From NCBI RefSeq assembly GCF_963921235.1, contig NC_086097.1, positions 127,288,001 through 127,352,000 on the forward strand: a DNA stretch of 64,000 bases, read 5' to 3'. The notes beneath the pieces were generated by a model that worked only from the letters and a program-made list of their open reading frames with translations, did no database searches and was not told the DNA's origin. Made by a program: the position numbers and the translations under genes. This stretch comes from Mobula hypostoma. Lineage: Eukaryota. Within the stretch, counting starts at the first letter, position 1. The number at the start of each line of letters is the position of its first letter. Positions 1 to 12,240 of this stretch are shown here, one piece after another.

Positions 1-360
1 TGGGTCTTAACCCTGCATCAGGGTTCTTTTTATAGGAAGTCAAAAGAGAAGTTGTTCAGGGTAAGAACAAGTTCAGCCAGGCAGATGAAAACGTTGGTGG
101 AGTGAAACTGATTGGATGTTTGGAGTAGAAAGGAGCAAAGGGTTTTAAGCCTTTCCTGATGGGGGGATGGAGGTGTAGAAAGACCAGACATCCATGGAGA
201 AGATGAGGTAGTGGGGGCTGGGGAATAGGAGTTTTCAAAATAGTGGAGGGCAGGCGAGACATCCCAGATGTATGGTAAAGGACTAGAACAGGGCAATCAA
301 GAGAGGAAGAAATAAGTTGGCGAGGCAACAGCAGGTGGAAAGGAAGCATCTACCTGGACA
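1..360 (-). mobile_element. Penelope-like element, decayed reverse transcriptase fragment
   Basis: Minus-strand ORF remnants (LPYIWDVSPALHYF...PHQERLKTLCSFL) resemble the PLE RT segment 'LPTYIRDT.HAL...MDV.SLYT.IPH.EGL.AL.FFL'; frameshifted. Confidence 0.55.
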
Positions 361-455
361 ACCTTACTTGTAGATCAGGATCAGGACTGCTGACTGATTG
401 CATCTTGAAGCTCGAATTGGTTGTGTGCTCTTTGTCCTTCAAACTGATCAATTAT

Positions 456-812
456 CTGGGCTGATACTCCAGTGTAGTATTGAGGGAGAGCCCCACTGTC
501 AGAGGTGCAGTTTCTCATGTGGGGAACCAAAAATAGGAACAGGCTCCCTCCACTCTCTCAAGAACCCATGTACTCACAGTACTCTTCAACAGAAGAGTAG
601 GGAAGTCCTCCCTAATGTTTATTCCTCGATCGAAATTTCAGGGATTATCTGGTCAGTATATCATTGCTGCTATTGGGAGACTAACATGCACAAGTTGATG
701 TTTCCTGTGTTTTAGCTGTGACTACTCTTCAAATATTTCTTTGGCTATAAAGTGCTCTGGCATGTCTTGGAAAGTGGCGTGAAAGGTGCTAAATCAATGC
801 AGTCTTCCTCTT
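456..812 (+). mobile_element. Deu-domain SINE (AmnSINE/SacSINE-like), old copy
   Basis: GGCTGATACTCCAGTGTAGTATTGAGGGAG...GATTATCTGGTCAGTATATCATTGCTG...GTGAAAGGTGCTAAATCAATGCAGTCTT resembles the Deu domain and L2-type tail as I recall it. Confidence 0.6.
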
Positions 813-2022
813 CTGCATTTAGAATGTTGCACACGATTCTGGGCAGATTTTGTTCATGTTCCCCAGCCCCAATAGACTCTTTGCTGTGTTCAACCCAAGA
901 GCTATATTTTCTAGAGCTTCATCCCTTATTAGAGGAATATATAGAAGGAAGTAACAGTTTGAAGTGGAAAATGTCTTTTCTTGCCACAGGTATTTTCCCT
1001 CACTTTACTTTGCTGTAATTATTACCCATTCTAACTTGATTGTTCGTAGCTGCTTCTAATTTGTCAACTGATTTTTCTCTCTCTATTTCCTTTGCGTATT
1101 TGGCATCCTGTAATGTGATCCGTGGATGATGGCTGGACTCCTGCTATTCCTTCAGGTGGTCCACAGAGAGGACTGTCCCTACACTGTCGCTGTCGCAGTT
1201 TTGCCTCTTTAATGTCCCACCGCTCCTCCTTTGCTTCCCATTCCTCAGGTGCAGTGCTTCCCTGAGCCACCACATTCATCCCTTTATCAGGGCAGGGTCG
1301 GAATAAGGTACTAATAATTACAAAGTAGCTTTAGCACTACCTTTAGAACAAAGCAGTAGTAACCTCTTCCCTGGGGTTAACTGCTGCTGTGTTAAATTCT
1401 GTACCTCTCTGCTTGGACTTTTCCATCACTGAAGTGCCTCTATACAAACTGGAATATTGTCCTCTCGGATCACTTCTGACACAGTTGATGGCTCTATCCC
1501 TGTGTAGGTGAGTGGGGTTACCTTTGGGTCCATCCCCCATCATCCTAACTCCAGCTCCTGTGCAAAGACCTCCGGCTGGCCCCTTTTTGAAAATCAAAGT
1601 AACACAACTTACAGGTGTAGGTGTTCTCATAGAGACGTAGGTCCATTGCAGTGGACTTTTACTCCCTCAGTCATTGGATCCTCGGGCATTTGGTGTGGCC
1701 ACTGCCTCTGCCTGCTTTATATGAGTGCTCGGGTTTGTAACTTCTTGAGAAATTTGCTTATTTAATAGTATAAAAGCTCCAATAAGCTGAATTCTACACA
1801 CTTGGAAGTTTGCTTTTATATAGCAACTTCCACAGCTTGGGTTGTACCAGAGGATTTCCCAGACAAAAAGTCCTTCTCGTCTCAGTGTAAGTGTGGATAA
1901 CATTAAACATAGAATAGTACTGCACCAGAGCATCTTGCAGTGAACTAATTAAATGCTGAACTAAATTAATTACTTATGCTTACAATATGCCCACATCCTC
2001 CCATTCTCTGCACGTTCATGTG

Positions 2023-2521
2023 TGGATGTGTTGGTTGTCGTTTCTGACGATGACGTAAACCTGTGCGGGAGGAGTTTTACGGTGAAAAGGCTGTTACTCT
2101 GGGGTAGTTCCACTCTCCCAGCCTCAAAATCTTGGTCCAATGGTACGAGAAATTGTCACGGCTACAGACTTCCCCGGCTGCAGTGGACAGCCATGATGCA
2201 CTCAGTACCTTGTCATGCTCTTCGCTCTCCACGAAGCGTTGTAGCACCGCCTTCTTGGCCTTTGGATCTTGTAGTTGATCTCACCCAGTCTGCCGGAAAT
2301 GGCTTCACTCACTGGGGTAGGCATGTCCCTGTATCACTGGGACTGGACATTCCCGGCTACTCTCACCTGGTTTAGCTTGCCCGTCGGAGCCGTGTACCGG
2401 GGTGTGGCCACTGTCCCTTGTAAGCTTTTACTTGGAACCACAGGTGAGAGCTGGGTGGTAGGTGGGAACCAAAGGTGGATGAGCTGCCCCTGGGCGGAGC
2501 ACGACAAGTCTGCCACCAGAG
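2023..2521 (-). mobile_element. Non-autonomous RTE-type retroelement inserted in a CR1-type tail
   Basis: CpG-rich ~500 bp block interrupting a CR1/HE1-type tail; shares the CTCTCAC...TCCAAGT...GCTAAACCA.GTGAG motif with 23118-23537. Confidence 0.55.
2360..2450 (-). ncRNA. HDV-like ribozyme core (partial; P1 5' strand not seen)
   Basis: Minus strand: P2 CTCTCACCTG/CAGGTGAGAG (10 bp perfect), P3 GGT/GCC, L3 TCCAAGT plus a 21-nt insert, P1' ACACCCC, P1.1 GG, P4 GCTC/GGGC, J4/2 GCTAA. Confidence 0.45.
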
Positions 2522-4269
2522 CTGCTTATGTAAAAGTCTTTTAAACACCTCTTTTTGCCTCCATTACCACACCTAGCAGCAGAGTCCAGGCACTGTTAGT
2601 GTATTGGAAACAAAAACTTAACCTTTCTCACCTCTAGTATTAAACATTTCAATCCTGGGGAAAAAGCTACATATCTGTCTCTCATAATCTGATAAATGCG
2701 GAGAATTGTACAACACAAGCACCCCTATCAGAGATTCTGAGTAGGTATAACAATTGTTATTGAAGGATAAATATCAGCATGCTAGATGGGGTGTGGATGG
2801 GAAGAAACAGGTTTGCTCTTCTTGCACTTTCATACAGCTCCACCTCCACCAGCTCAGCCGAAACTGATGGAAGGTCATGGTCCCATTCATCTTCTCCCAC
2901 TGCTCTTCAAACCTTTCACGGCCTGTACCCTTCCTGCCTTTGTACTTCCAGTCCCACAACTAATTTCTCCCTCTTGCCCCTTTGCCCTTTTCCATGTACT
3001 GAATTTTCCATTCTCTTCCCTCTTTCCCCCCCCCCCCATCTTTTGTCTCACATCCTTTGGCTTCAGACTCGATTGCCCTCTATGGAGTTCTCCAGACATC
3101 TGCATCTCTACCTTTCTTAAGATCCTGCCTCTTGTCTCCTTAACCTTTCCTTTATCTCTGACATCTCTGAACTGCTGTGCAATTGTCCTAAAAACTGAAT
3201 GATGGAAACTCTCTGCCGGTTGCAGTGGAAAGAGAAACAGAGATAACATCTCAACAGAAGTGTCTTTGACCAGAAACGTTGAATCTCTTTGCACAGATGT
3301 TGCCTGACCTACTGATTATTTGCAGTTTTTTCGGTTTTTACTTCAGATTTCAAGCATCTGCATTTTTTTCCCTATGCATCTGATCTGACTTTGCCAAAGT
3401 GTCACTTCCTAATTGCTGGAGCATTTGTCTAATTAATGCACTTGAGCCTCTTGGGTAGTTGGAGTTGGGAAATGCAGGGAACCAGTATTTACAGTAAGAT
3501 CGTTTAAGCAGGCTACGTGTAAATCATTGGAAAACTCCAAATGTGTCATCAAACTAGTTGTATCCAAACAAAATGTGCCTAGATTCCTTGTCTGAACATT
3601 GTCTTCACAACATAGTACCAGTGCAAACTCTCTGATTCACCAGTAGGCTTGTAAAGGTCTTTTGTTACAACAAGCCACTTTTCTGAGAGGCAAGGGCACG
3701 CTTCCTCTGAGGTCGAATTGCAAGCTGGCTTCTCAGGATACACGTAAACATCTCTTGACATCAACCTCACCTCCTCCACCATCAAAAACCTGTGTTAGTT
3801 TGTTCACAATGAACTTCAATAGGTAGGTCAACAGGTGCGTTTAATGGCAGAGAAATGTATACAATATACATCCTGCACTTGCCCAATTTTCTCCTTGAAG
3901 AGGTCAAAATGTGACAGCAATGTTTATTGATAAATAAACCAGGTTTTACTTATGCCGGTTTATTTTTCAACTTGACATGAATGCAATGAGTGATAAATGT
4001 AGGAAGGTTTTGAGCTAACATTTTATAGACCAAAGCCATTCATTTTTGCATCAAAACATGTCATACCAAGTGGGAGAACATACAGTCAACACTCTTGTAA
4101 CCTATAATGATGAAGTTATAGCACAAAGAAAATTGTTTATTGGATATTTTAAAACACTAAGAAGTTAAAACTGTTATAACAATTTTAGTTCTTCAGACCA
4201 GGTTAACTTTGTGATCTGTACTTAACGTAATGTTGAATGTTGCCATTTTCAATTTCAGTTGCTGTTTGC

Positions 4270-4840
4270 TTTCTCTCTTTTTCCCCTTCCAATTCACCTC
4301 CTATGCTCCCATCTCCATGTTCTTTCTCATATCCCCCCTCTTGTTTCCACCTACCTGTTACCCACTGGATCCCCTGCCACTCCCCCATCTGTTTCCATCT
4401 ACCCTTCACCTCTCGTCTAATGGTTCTTATCATGACTTTGCTCACTTGACAGAGTCAGCATTAGCAGGCTTTTTGCTTCTGCTTATCACCTTTCAGCAGC
4501 TGCCTCCCCCCTCTACCTTCCCTGTTCCCCGCCTGCCTTCTTGCCTTCTGTCTACCTCTGCCTATCATTCACCAGCCACTGTTTCCCGTTCCCTCCCCTA
4601 CCTTGCTTCATTTGCCCATCATCCTTCACTCTTTCCTGGTACGTCAATCTCATTCCAGTCTCTGTGTCACCATTCCTTCTCTCCTCCTTATATTGGCAAT
4701 CTTCCTCTCCACACTCAGTCCTGATGTAGAGCTTTGACCAGAGACGCTGACAATTCCTTCCCTCCCGCAGATGCTGCCTGTCCTGCCGAGTTCCTTCAGA
4801 TTATTTGCTGCTCCAGATTCCAACATCTTCAGCCTTTTGT
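4270..4840 (+). mobile_element. Penelope-like terminal repeat (pLTR) fragment, decayed
   Basis: Pyrimidine-rich tract ending CAGTCCTGATGTAGAG...AGATGCTGCCTGTCCTGCCGAGTTCC...CTCCAGATTCCAACATC, the same tail as the element at 40695-41925. Confidence 0.6.
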
Positions 4841-5053
4841 GTATTAAGTTACAAATCTTTTGATTATTTTTACTCATAAAATAAGCATGCATCATTAAAA
4901 CATATGCTCATGGTCACATTGGATTTTGTGGGACATCCTATACATCACATTTCCCTCGATACTGTGTGTTAAAACAACATGTAATTGGCAGTAAAGCAGA
5001 ATGAGACATTTGAAGTCTTCCATAGTTGCCATATAAATGTGTGTTTTTCTGCC

Positions 5054-5436
5054 TCTTATTTCTGAGACGTTACTGGGTCAAGTCCAAGATGTGCAATCTG
5101 ATTGGTTGGAAGGACTCGCTAGCCTTGGACCCCCTCTTCCTCCTCTTCTCTATGAGACCCCTTTCCCTTTTCCGTTTTCTGAGTCTCATCTTCTCCGTAC
5201 TTCTCTCTCAGAAACCCTTTTCCACCACCTCTTCTGGGCCCCCTCCTTCCTCGTCCTTGTCCTTTGGGTCTCTTCTCCCCAGGAAAAAGCACAATTTGCC
5301 ATTAAATGACTTGCCATATTCTTTGGGTATTTATTTTAAGTGTGTAGCCTTGGATTTGTTGAGTTCTTATTTCTGAGACGTTACTGGGTCAAGTCCAAGT
5401 TGTGCAATCTGATTGGTTGGAAGGACTCGCTAGCCT
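5054..5436. repeat. 72-bp direct repeat (5054-5125 and 5365-5436) around a 239-bp pyrimidine-rich spacer
   Basis: TCTTATTTCTGAGACG...GGACTCGCTAGCCT occurs twice with one mismatch. Confidence 0.95.
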
Positions 5437-6134
5437 CACACAGACTGGGGCCGCAGAACTCGATGGAAATAGTTACCTCTGCAGAAGCTGATGGCTCACT
5501 TCACTGAGGTCACATATTGGAATACGAGCAAAGATCATTCTTTAGTTCAATGTGTAACGAGTTAGTCAGATCTGTTTGAGTGAAGTTAAATATTTTCCTT
5601 ATTTTCTGCCACGTCACCCATGTCTAGACAGTCCAATATTGAAAGGAAACCTTTTTTGAACTTAACCTGTTATTATCTTGTGGAACTCCAGGATGCCAGA
5701 ATTACAATAATTTAGCCTTTGGATTTAATGTCTAATTTTATTTTTTGAGCTAAATGTATAATGAATTCTGTTTGGAAAATCCATGTAGGCCGAGGGCCTG
5801 GGAAAAGGTAATTTTCCACAAATTATTATTCTACCAAACTGTTTTGTTGGTAACTAACTGTGGGTTGTTCTGTCCCTTCACCTGCCGTTGAAAACAAGTA
5901 TGACCTGTTTATTCCAGTTCAAAGAAGGTCGGAAAAAGTTGAACACACGTGTACTGAGGTCCTTTAATCTTTAAATTTATCCTGCCCCATAATTTGTTAC
6001 CTAACGTTGCTTTTTGAGCTTTTTTTTCTTGCATAGAAAAATACTCAACTGTAATCTGATGCTCAAACTCGTGTCAGCCTGCAGAACTCGTAAATGTATG
6101 AAGTCTTTCTTAACCATTATTTATAACTGATAGG

Positions 6135-7010
6135 AGGCTTGCATTACTTGGCCACTCTATCACTAGAGGAAAAAGTACAAAGCAAACTATTGGGGATAAA
6201 GTCTGACAAGTCTCCTGGGTCTGGTGGTCTGTGTTGTAGAGATTATTTAAAGAAAGTGGCTGCAACAAAAGTGGATGATCCAGATGTAATTTACAAAATT
6301 AATTGGATTCTGGGGAGAGAATTGGAGAACCTCTAATGTAACAAGAAAGAAGAGAGACAAAGCAGAAAATGTATATGGGGGGGGGGAATAAGGCAGGAAT
6401 CTGTTCTTGTGGTACGACAAGGCTTTATAAAATAATTGAGCAAAGTCAGCATTTTGATAAATTTGCTAGAATTCTTTGAGTATATAACAAATTTGGTGGA
6501 TAAAGGGAAGCCAGTGCTGTGTTTTTCCATTTCCAGAAGCATTTGATAAGTGCAGAAGAGCTTGGGGTGGGGGGTGGGCAGTTGCATTTATAAGGGGTGG
6601 GCCAACTGACAGTAAATAAGAGTTGGGGTAAATGGCTCGTTTCCTGAGTCATAATCAATATCCAGTGTGGTGTCACATGGATTGGTGCTGGAGCTCCACT
6701 ATTGTGAAGATGGCTTGGATGACTGAGCAAATGTACTGGTAATGCAAAGACAGTTGAATTAGTAAGTTGTGAGAAGGATATAAAGGAATTTATATATGTT
6801 AAGTGAGTGGTCGAGAATTTGGCAGATGGGAAAGTATGAGCTCATACCCTTTGGAAGGAGGAATAAGAAAATATCGATTATTATTTAAAACAATTGGAAT
6901 GGCAAACTTTTTGTGGTTCAATAGGATCTGGAAGACCTAGTACATGAAAGACAAATGTTTAGTGTGCAGGCACAGCTAGTAAATAACTCATGGGAGTTTT
7001 AGCTTTAACC
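6135..7010 (+). mobile_element. CR1 LINE ORF2 fragment, heavily decayed
   Basis: Translation LLGIKSDKSPGSGGL...LKKVA; downstream remnants of 'DFQKAFDK' and the SGVP region. Confidence 0.7.
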
Positions 7011-7997
7011 ACAATGAGCCCACACCTTGGAGTCTTGTGTACAAGTTTAGTCTCCATACAGACAGACCCCACTGTTCAACGTGTGGAACTTTACCATTAC
7101 TGAATTCACAAGTCGCTACCCAAATTTGAAATACGGAATAAAATCTGCTCTTAGAACTCGTGAGGAATAAAAAGGTATATAAATCAACTTTCTTCATCTC
7201 TTATTTCACACCTGCACAGATGACGCAGTTTCACCTTATTTTTCTGCCTGTGTGTACATAATTAATATTCCTTCATTCCCTGCATAATAGCCTCTTAAAT
7301 ACCACTATTGCATATGCTTCCACCACTCCCCTGGCAACCTACTCCACGCAGCTACATCTTTTCATGCAAACAAACATTGCGCTTGTATCTCTGTTGAACA
7401 TTTGCCTCTCTCACTCTTATATGCATGCCCTCTAGTCCTTGGACATTTCTACCCAGGTAAAAGGATTCTGATTGTCTGCTCTGCTTATATCTCTCTCCTT
7501 GACTTGTAGCAGATGTCCCCTTGACTTCTTAAACAAAGTAGTAAACCAAATGTGGCTCCTCTCTAATGGTCTGGGAAGCCTTAGAGCTTTACTTACCAGA
7601 GTATAACTCACGTCCTGGACCCTTTATTTAATTTCTTCAGAAAATTGCCTAGAAAACTGACTCATAAATGATGTGCTAAGAGTCTTGTTGAGGCTGCTGT
7701 GTATCTGTTTGTACACAAGGCTATTCATAGTTTTATGTAACGTGGATCCAAAAATGGTTGTTTACAAGGGACCTTGGAAAGCAGATATAAAAATAGAGCA
7801 TTCCATAATTGTTTATCATGCCCAGATGCATCTGTGGAAAGAGAAGAGAGTTGGTGTCCTGGGTCGATGATGTTTGATGGACACAAGTGGAGTTTGATTT
7901 GTTTCAGAATCCTGGAAAATGCAAAGGTTCCAATTCTTATCTTGCAAAACCCAGCACATTAACTGTCACTCATAGTTGGTAGTGGATGCCTGTATCA

Positions 7998-8870
7998 TAC
8001 ATACTTTATACTTTATTGTCGCCAAACAATTGATACTAAAACGTACAATCATCACAGCTATATTTGATTCTGCGCTTCCCGCTCCCTGGAGTACAAATCG
8101 ATAGTAAGTATTAAAAATTTAAATTATAAATCATAAATAGAAGATGGAAAGTAAGGTAGTGCAAAAAAAAACCGAGAGGCAGGTCCGGATATTTGGAGGG
8201 TACGACCCAGATACGGTTCAGGATCCGTTCAGCAGTCTTATCACAGTTGGAAAGAAGCTGTTCCCAAATCTGGCCGTATGAGTCTTCAAGCTCCTGAGCC
8301 TTCTCCCGGAGGGAAGAGGGATGAAAAGTGTGTTGGCTGGGTGGGTCGTGTCCTTGATTATCCTTGCAGCACTGCTCCGACAGCGTGCGGTGTAAAGTGA
8401 GTCCAAGGATGGAAGATTGGTTTGTGTGATGTGCTGTGCTGTGTTCCCGATGTTCTGCAGCTTCTTCCGGTCTTGGACAGGACAACTTCCATACCAGGTT
8501 GTGGTGCACCCTGGAAGAATGCTTTCTACGGTGCATCTATAAAAATTAGTGAGGGTTTTAGGGGACAGGCCAAATTTCTTTAGTTTTCTCAGGAAGTAAA
8601 GGTGCTGGTGGGCCTTCTTGGCAGTGGACTCTGCTTGGTTGGTCCAAGTCAGGTCATTTGTGATATTGACCCCAAGGAACTTAAAGCTTTTGACGTAGTC
8701 CGCTACTCCTTCTGAAGTCAACAACCAATTTCTCCATTTTGCTAACGTTAAGGGATAGGTTATTGTCTTTGCACCATGCCACCAGGTTCTTAATTTCCTC
8801 TCTGTACTCAAACTCATCATTACCCGAGATACGGCCTACAATTGTTGTGTCATCAGCAAACTTATACATA
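7998..8870 (-). mobile_element. Rex1/Babar-type LINE, 5'-truncated (RT C-terminus and 3' UTR)
   Basis: ORFs YKFADDTTIVGRI...WCKDNNLSLNVSK and KFLGVNIT...LYFLRKLKKFGL...FYRCTVESIL...LPSGRR...NSFFP; 3' AATAAA with short-repeat tail near 8000-8015. Confidence 0.9.
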
Positions 8871-10073
8871 TACTGACCACCACTGGAACAACGTCATGCT
8901 TGGATTGTAACGTTATCATGATCATTCAAACTATAATTAACCTAAGAATTAGTCACCATTTCACCAAAACAAATGAGTAGTTATGATTTACTGGGAGAAT
9001 GGGGTTAGAATAAAAAAAAACCTTGTGGTTGGAAGTGGAGCAGACTCAATGGATTGAATGATCTAATTCTGCTCCTGTATCTTATTGCCTCAAGAAATCT
9101 TGAGGTTCACCCTCTGAATCAAACTCACTGTGCCAGTGAATTTGCTTTGAACTTGACCTCTGAAATTCCACAAGTCAACTCAGAATTTCAGAGGTCAAGT
9201 TCAATACCTGCATGTTTATTAAATGCATCACAATTTCATTTTCTAAAGCTTATCACAAGGATATTTGACCTGCCTATGTGAGTAATGTATGATGAGAACG
9301 ATACCGAGCCAAAATATTCAGATTCAGACCCTAGTCTTTGCACAGCAGGTTTCTGGATGCTCAGTGGAGATAAGTGACTTATTGTAGAATGCACACAGCT
9401 TTATGTCTGTCCATCTGTAGCGAAATGGTCATGTTATAGTACCAGCTGATTGTGAGTTGAATCCCACTATGGCAGTTGGGGAATTTAAATACAGGTACTA
9501 AATAAGTCTCCCCCGCCCCCAATAAAACCATTGGCATCTGTTATGGTAAATGTAAACTGACTGGATTGTGTAAGTTCCTACCTGATTGCCTCAGGAAAGA
9601 AACTCTGCCATCCTTACCCAATGTAGCCTACATCGGCTTCAAGTTCACTAATGTGATTGACTCTGAACTGCCAACTAGCAGTTATGGATGGATAAGATTT
9701 GGAATTGGTTTATTATTGTCATGTGTACTGCAAGACAGTGAAAAGCTTTTCTTGCATCCTGTTCGTAGAGACCATGTGCGTTAAGGTGAAACAATCACAA
9801 TGCAGAATAAAGCACGATGGCTACAGAGAGCCAGTAACAAGAAGCTGCAAAATCATTACGAGATGTATTGGGAGATCAAGAGTCCAACTTATAAAACTTA
9901 CCAGTGACGTATATTCCACAAATAGTGTAAAGATAAATATTGGCCTAGATCTCAGCTGTTGTGACATGCCCCTCAGAAGAAAAATGTGTTTCCAGCTTCC
10001 CTTCAGAACTTGCTAAAGAACCTAGTGCATGAAGCCTCACCTTATCTCACTTGTGCCTCCTGTGTTCTTATAG

Positions 10074-10271
10074 GGCAAGGTGTCAGCCCCAAACTTTCTG
10101 GCTTGATGGGACTCCATGGGCCCCAGGAGAAGCAACCCTTCCTGGTGGCTTTCTTCAAAGCCAGCAAGGTGCACATCCGAACAGCTCGCTCAGCAGCAGG
10201 CAAGCGCAGGAACCAAGGCCGCACCAAGTCTACATCTGTTCAGGATTCACCCAGGGCAACGAGTTTAACTG
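10074..10271 (+). CDS. bmp7: BMP5/6/7/8-subfamily gene (BMP7-like), internal exon equivalent to exon 4: end of prodomain, RXXR site, mature N-terminus
   Basis: Acceptor cctcctgtgttcttatag|GG, donor ACTG|gtaagt; 198 nt, phase 1/1. Encodes GQGVSPKLSGLMGLHGPQEKQPFLVAFFKASKVHIRTARSAAGKRRNQGRTKSTSVQDSPRATSLT, matching the BMP7 '[30 protein letters not shown]' pattern. Subfamily is secure; the exact paralog is less so. Confidence 0.92.
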
Positions 10272-10559
10272 GTAAGTGGGACTAACTAGAGGAGTAAAGT
10301 TTCAGTCTTTAGTCTTCCATTCAAGAAGGGTGCGAGTTTTAGCTTGATTGGTTTAATTGAAATGCTGCTATGTGACCAAAGGGATGAACTGCGTAGAGGA
10401 CAGTGACAAATCTCAGCAAGATTTAAAAGAGCTGGCAGAAAGGGCAGATACATGGCAGATGAAGTTTAAAGGTCAAAAGTGAGTTTGTTGTCATGTGTAC
10501 ATGAAAGCACAGTTGCAATGAAAAAACTTACTTGCAGCAGCACCATAGGCACAACATTG

Positions 10560-12203
10560 TGTTGTGTGTTCAATATATCAGTAATATTTGAGTAATCTTG
10601 TAAATGTATTGTTTGAATAAGAATTGTTTGTTTACATAATGCATTGTGGCTTGTATGTAGAAGTACATAAATTGCTACCATGAGATAAGTGCACACTTCG
10701 CTTAAAGGAAAATGCGAAGTTAGATTTGCATTTCCACCTCTCTTGTTTTCCTTCAAATTGAGCTCAGTGTTTTGAAGTTACAAAACATATCAGTGGTGAT
10801 GAGGTATTTCTTAAATGAACCTGAGATGACCACCTACTTGTTGAAATGCAGTGATGATGGGTTGAGTTTTTGAAAAAAAAACAGTGCCACACATGCATAA
10901 AAGGCAAAAACTGAAGAGTTCACAGGTTCATAAACAGTGAGTACAGTGTGATAATCATTAAAAGCAAGAGGAGAAATGGCTGGCTACATCAGAAAGATTG
11001 TCACACTTAATTACACAACAGATAACCGGATTTTATATACTGAGCTAAGTGTGCAGAATTTTTAAGCAAATACAAGAGCAAAAAGAAACGAGTGCCTATT
11101 TTGCTGAGTGCATTGGATGTAAAGGCAGACAGTTTGCTCCAACCAAACAAGCAGAAATGAGTTTGGCTGATATCATGAAAGCAATGCAGGATCATTTAGA
11201 ACCAAAACAATTGTTAATTACAGAACGCTTTAGATTTCATAAGTGGAATCAAAAGGAAGGGGAGTCCATTTCAGCGTATGTGGCTGAATTGAAGAAGTTG
11301 AGTATTGTCAGTTTTGGTGATGTGCTTAATGATGCACTGACAGATTACTTAGTTTGTGGAATCTTACAAGAGAGCATTTGAAAATGGCTCCTAACTGAAG
11401 CACAACTTACATTTAAAAGAGCAGTTGAAATTGCTATATCAATGGAAACAGAAGACAGAATTGCTATTGAGTTGCAGTCAGGAGCGTAAGTGAACGTGAA
11501 CAAAATTGCAACATCTATACAGGAATCAGACTAGCTGAACAATTTGAATTATCGTTTTGTCAGGAGATCACATACACTAGACCAATGCAGATTTAAAGGT
11601 GAAACTTGCAGAAAATGCATCAAGGTAGGACACATATAAAGAGCATGTCAGGCAGACAAAAATAAATTGACTGCACAGGGAAGAGAAAAAGCTTAAAAAG
11701 TCAAGTTGCAATTTCATAAAAAGCAGCAGTCTGCATGGTGTTGATGAAAAATCTGATTACTATGAGAGTGACGCAGGACTGGGTATCCTCGAGATTTACA
11801 ATGTGAAAATTAACAATAGACAAGCAATATGGCTTACCCCAGAAGTGAACAGCATATTAATTAAAATAGAATTGGACATTCACTCAGCTGTTTCGGTCAT
11901 TCCACAAAATAAAATAAGTTTGACCACCATTTCAAAGATACTGAATTGAAGCCTGCAGATATCCAACTAAGAAACTACACTGGAGAAAAGATAACTCGTG
12001 TAGGAGTGACATTTGTAACAGTGAAATACAACAACCAACAAGCCACATTAGGCTTGTACGTGGTAAAAACAGGAGGACCAGCATTGTGGGGCTGAGACAA
12101 CTACAACTTCATTGGAGATCCTTCCACCATTTACATGCCACATCCTCTGTAATAGTCAACTGAAAATAGATTTTAAAAAAGTACTGGATAATGCCACCAC
12201 TGT
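10560..12203 (+). mobile_element. Gypsy LTR retrotransposon, 5' half (LTR ~10560-10792, PBS, gag, protease), decayed
   Basis: TG...CA LTR followed by PBS-like TGGTGATGAG (10794); Gag 'ERFRFHKWNQKEGESISAYVAELKKL'; CCHC knuckle CRKCIKVGHI*RAC; homologous to the copy at 17105-21422. Confidence 0.88.
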
Positions 12204-12240
12204 CTCCATGCTGTACACCAGAGGGCAAGCAGGTGCTGTT

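Noticed and set aside
4230..4724. 164-aa Pro/Ser/Leu-rich ORF
   Set aside because: A by-product of the pyrimidine-rich Penelope-like terminal repeat.
5870..5960. Possible small exon
   Set aside because: No recognisable protein similarity in any frame and no convincing splice-site pair.
7774..7962. 62-aa ORF or possible exon
   Set aside because: No similarity to the BMP prodomain or any family I recognise.
9986..10285. 99-aa ORF as a stand-alone gene
   Set aside because: Only 10074-10271 is BMP-like and it is bounded by splice sites; the rest is intron read-through.
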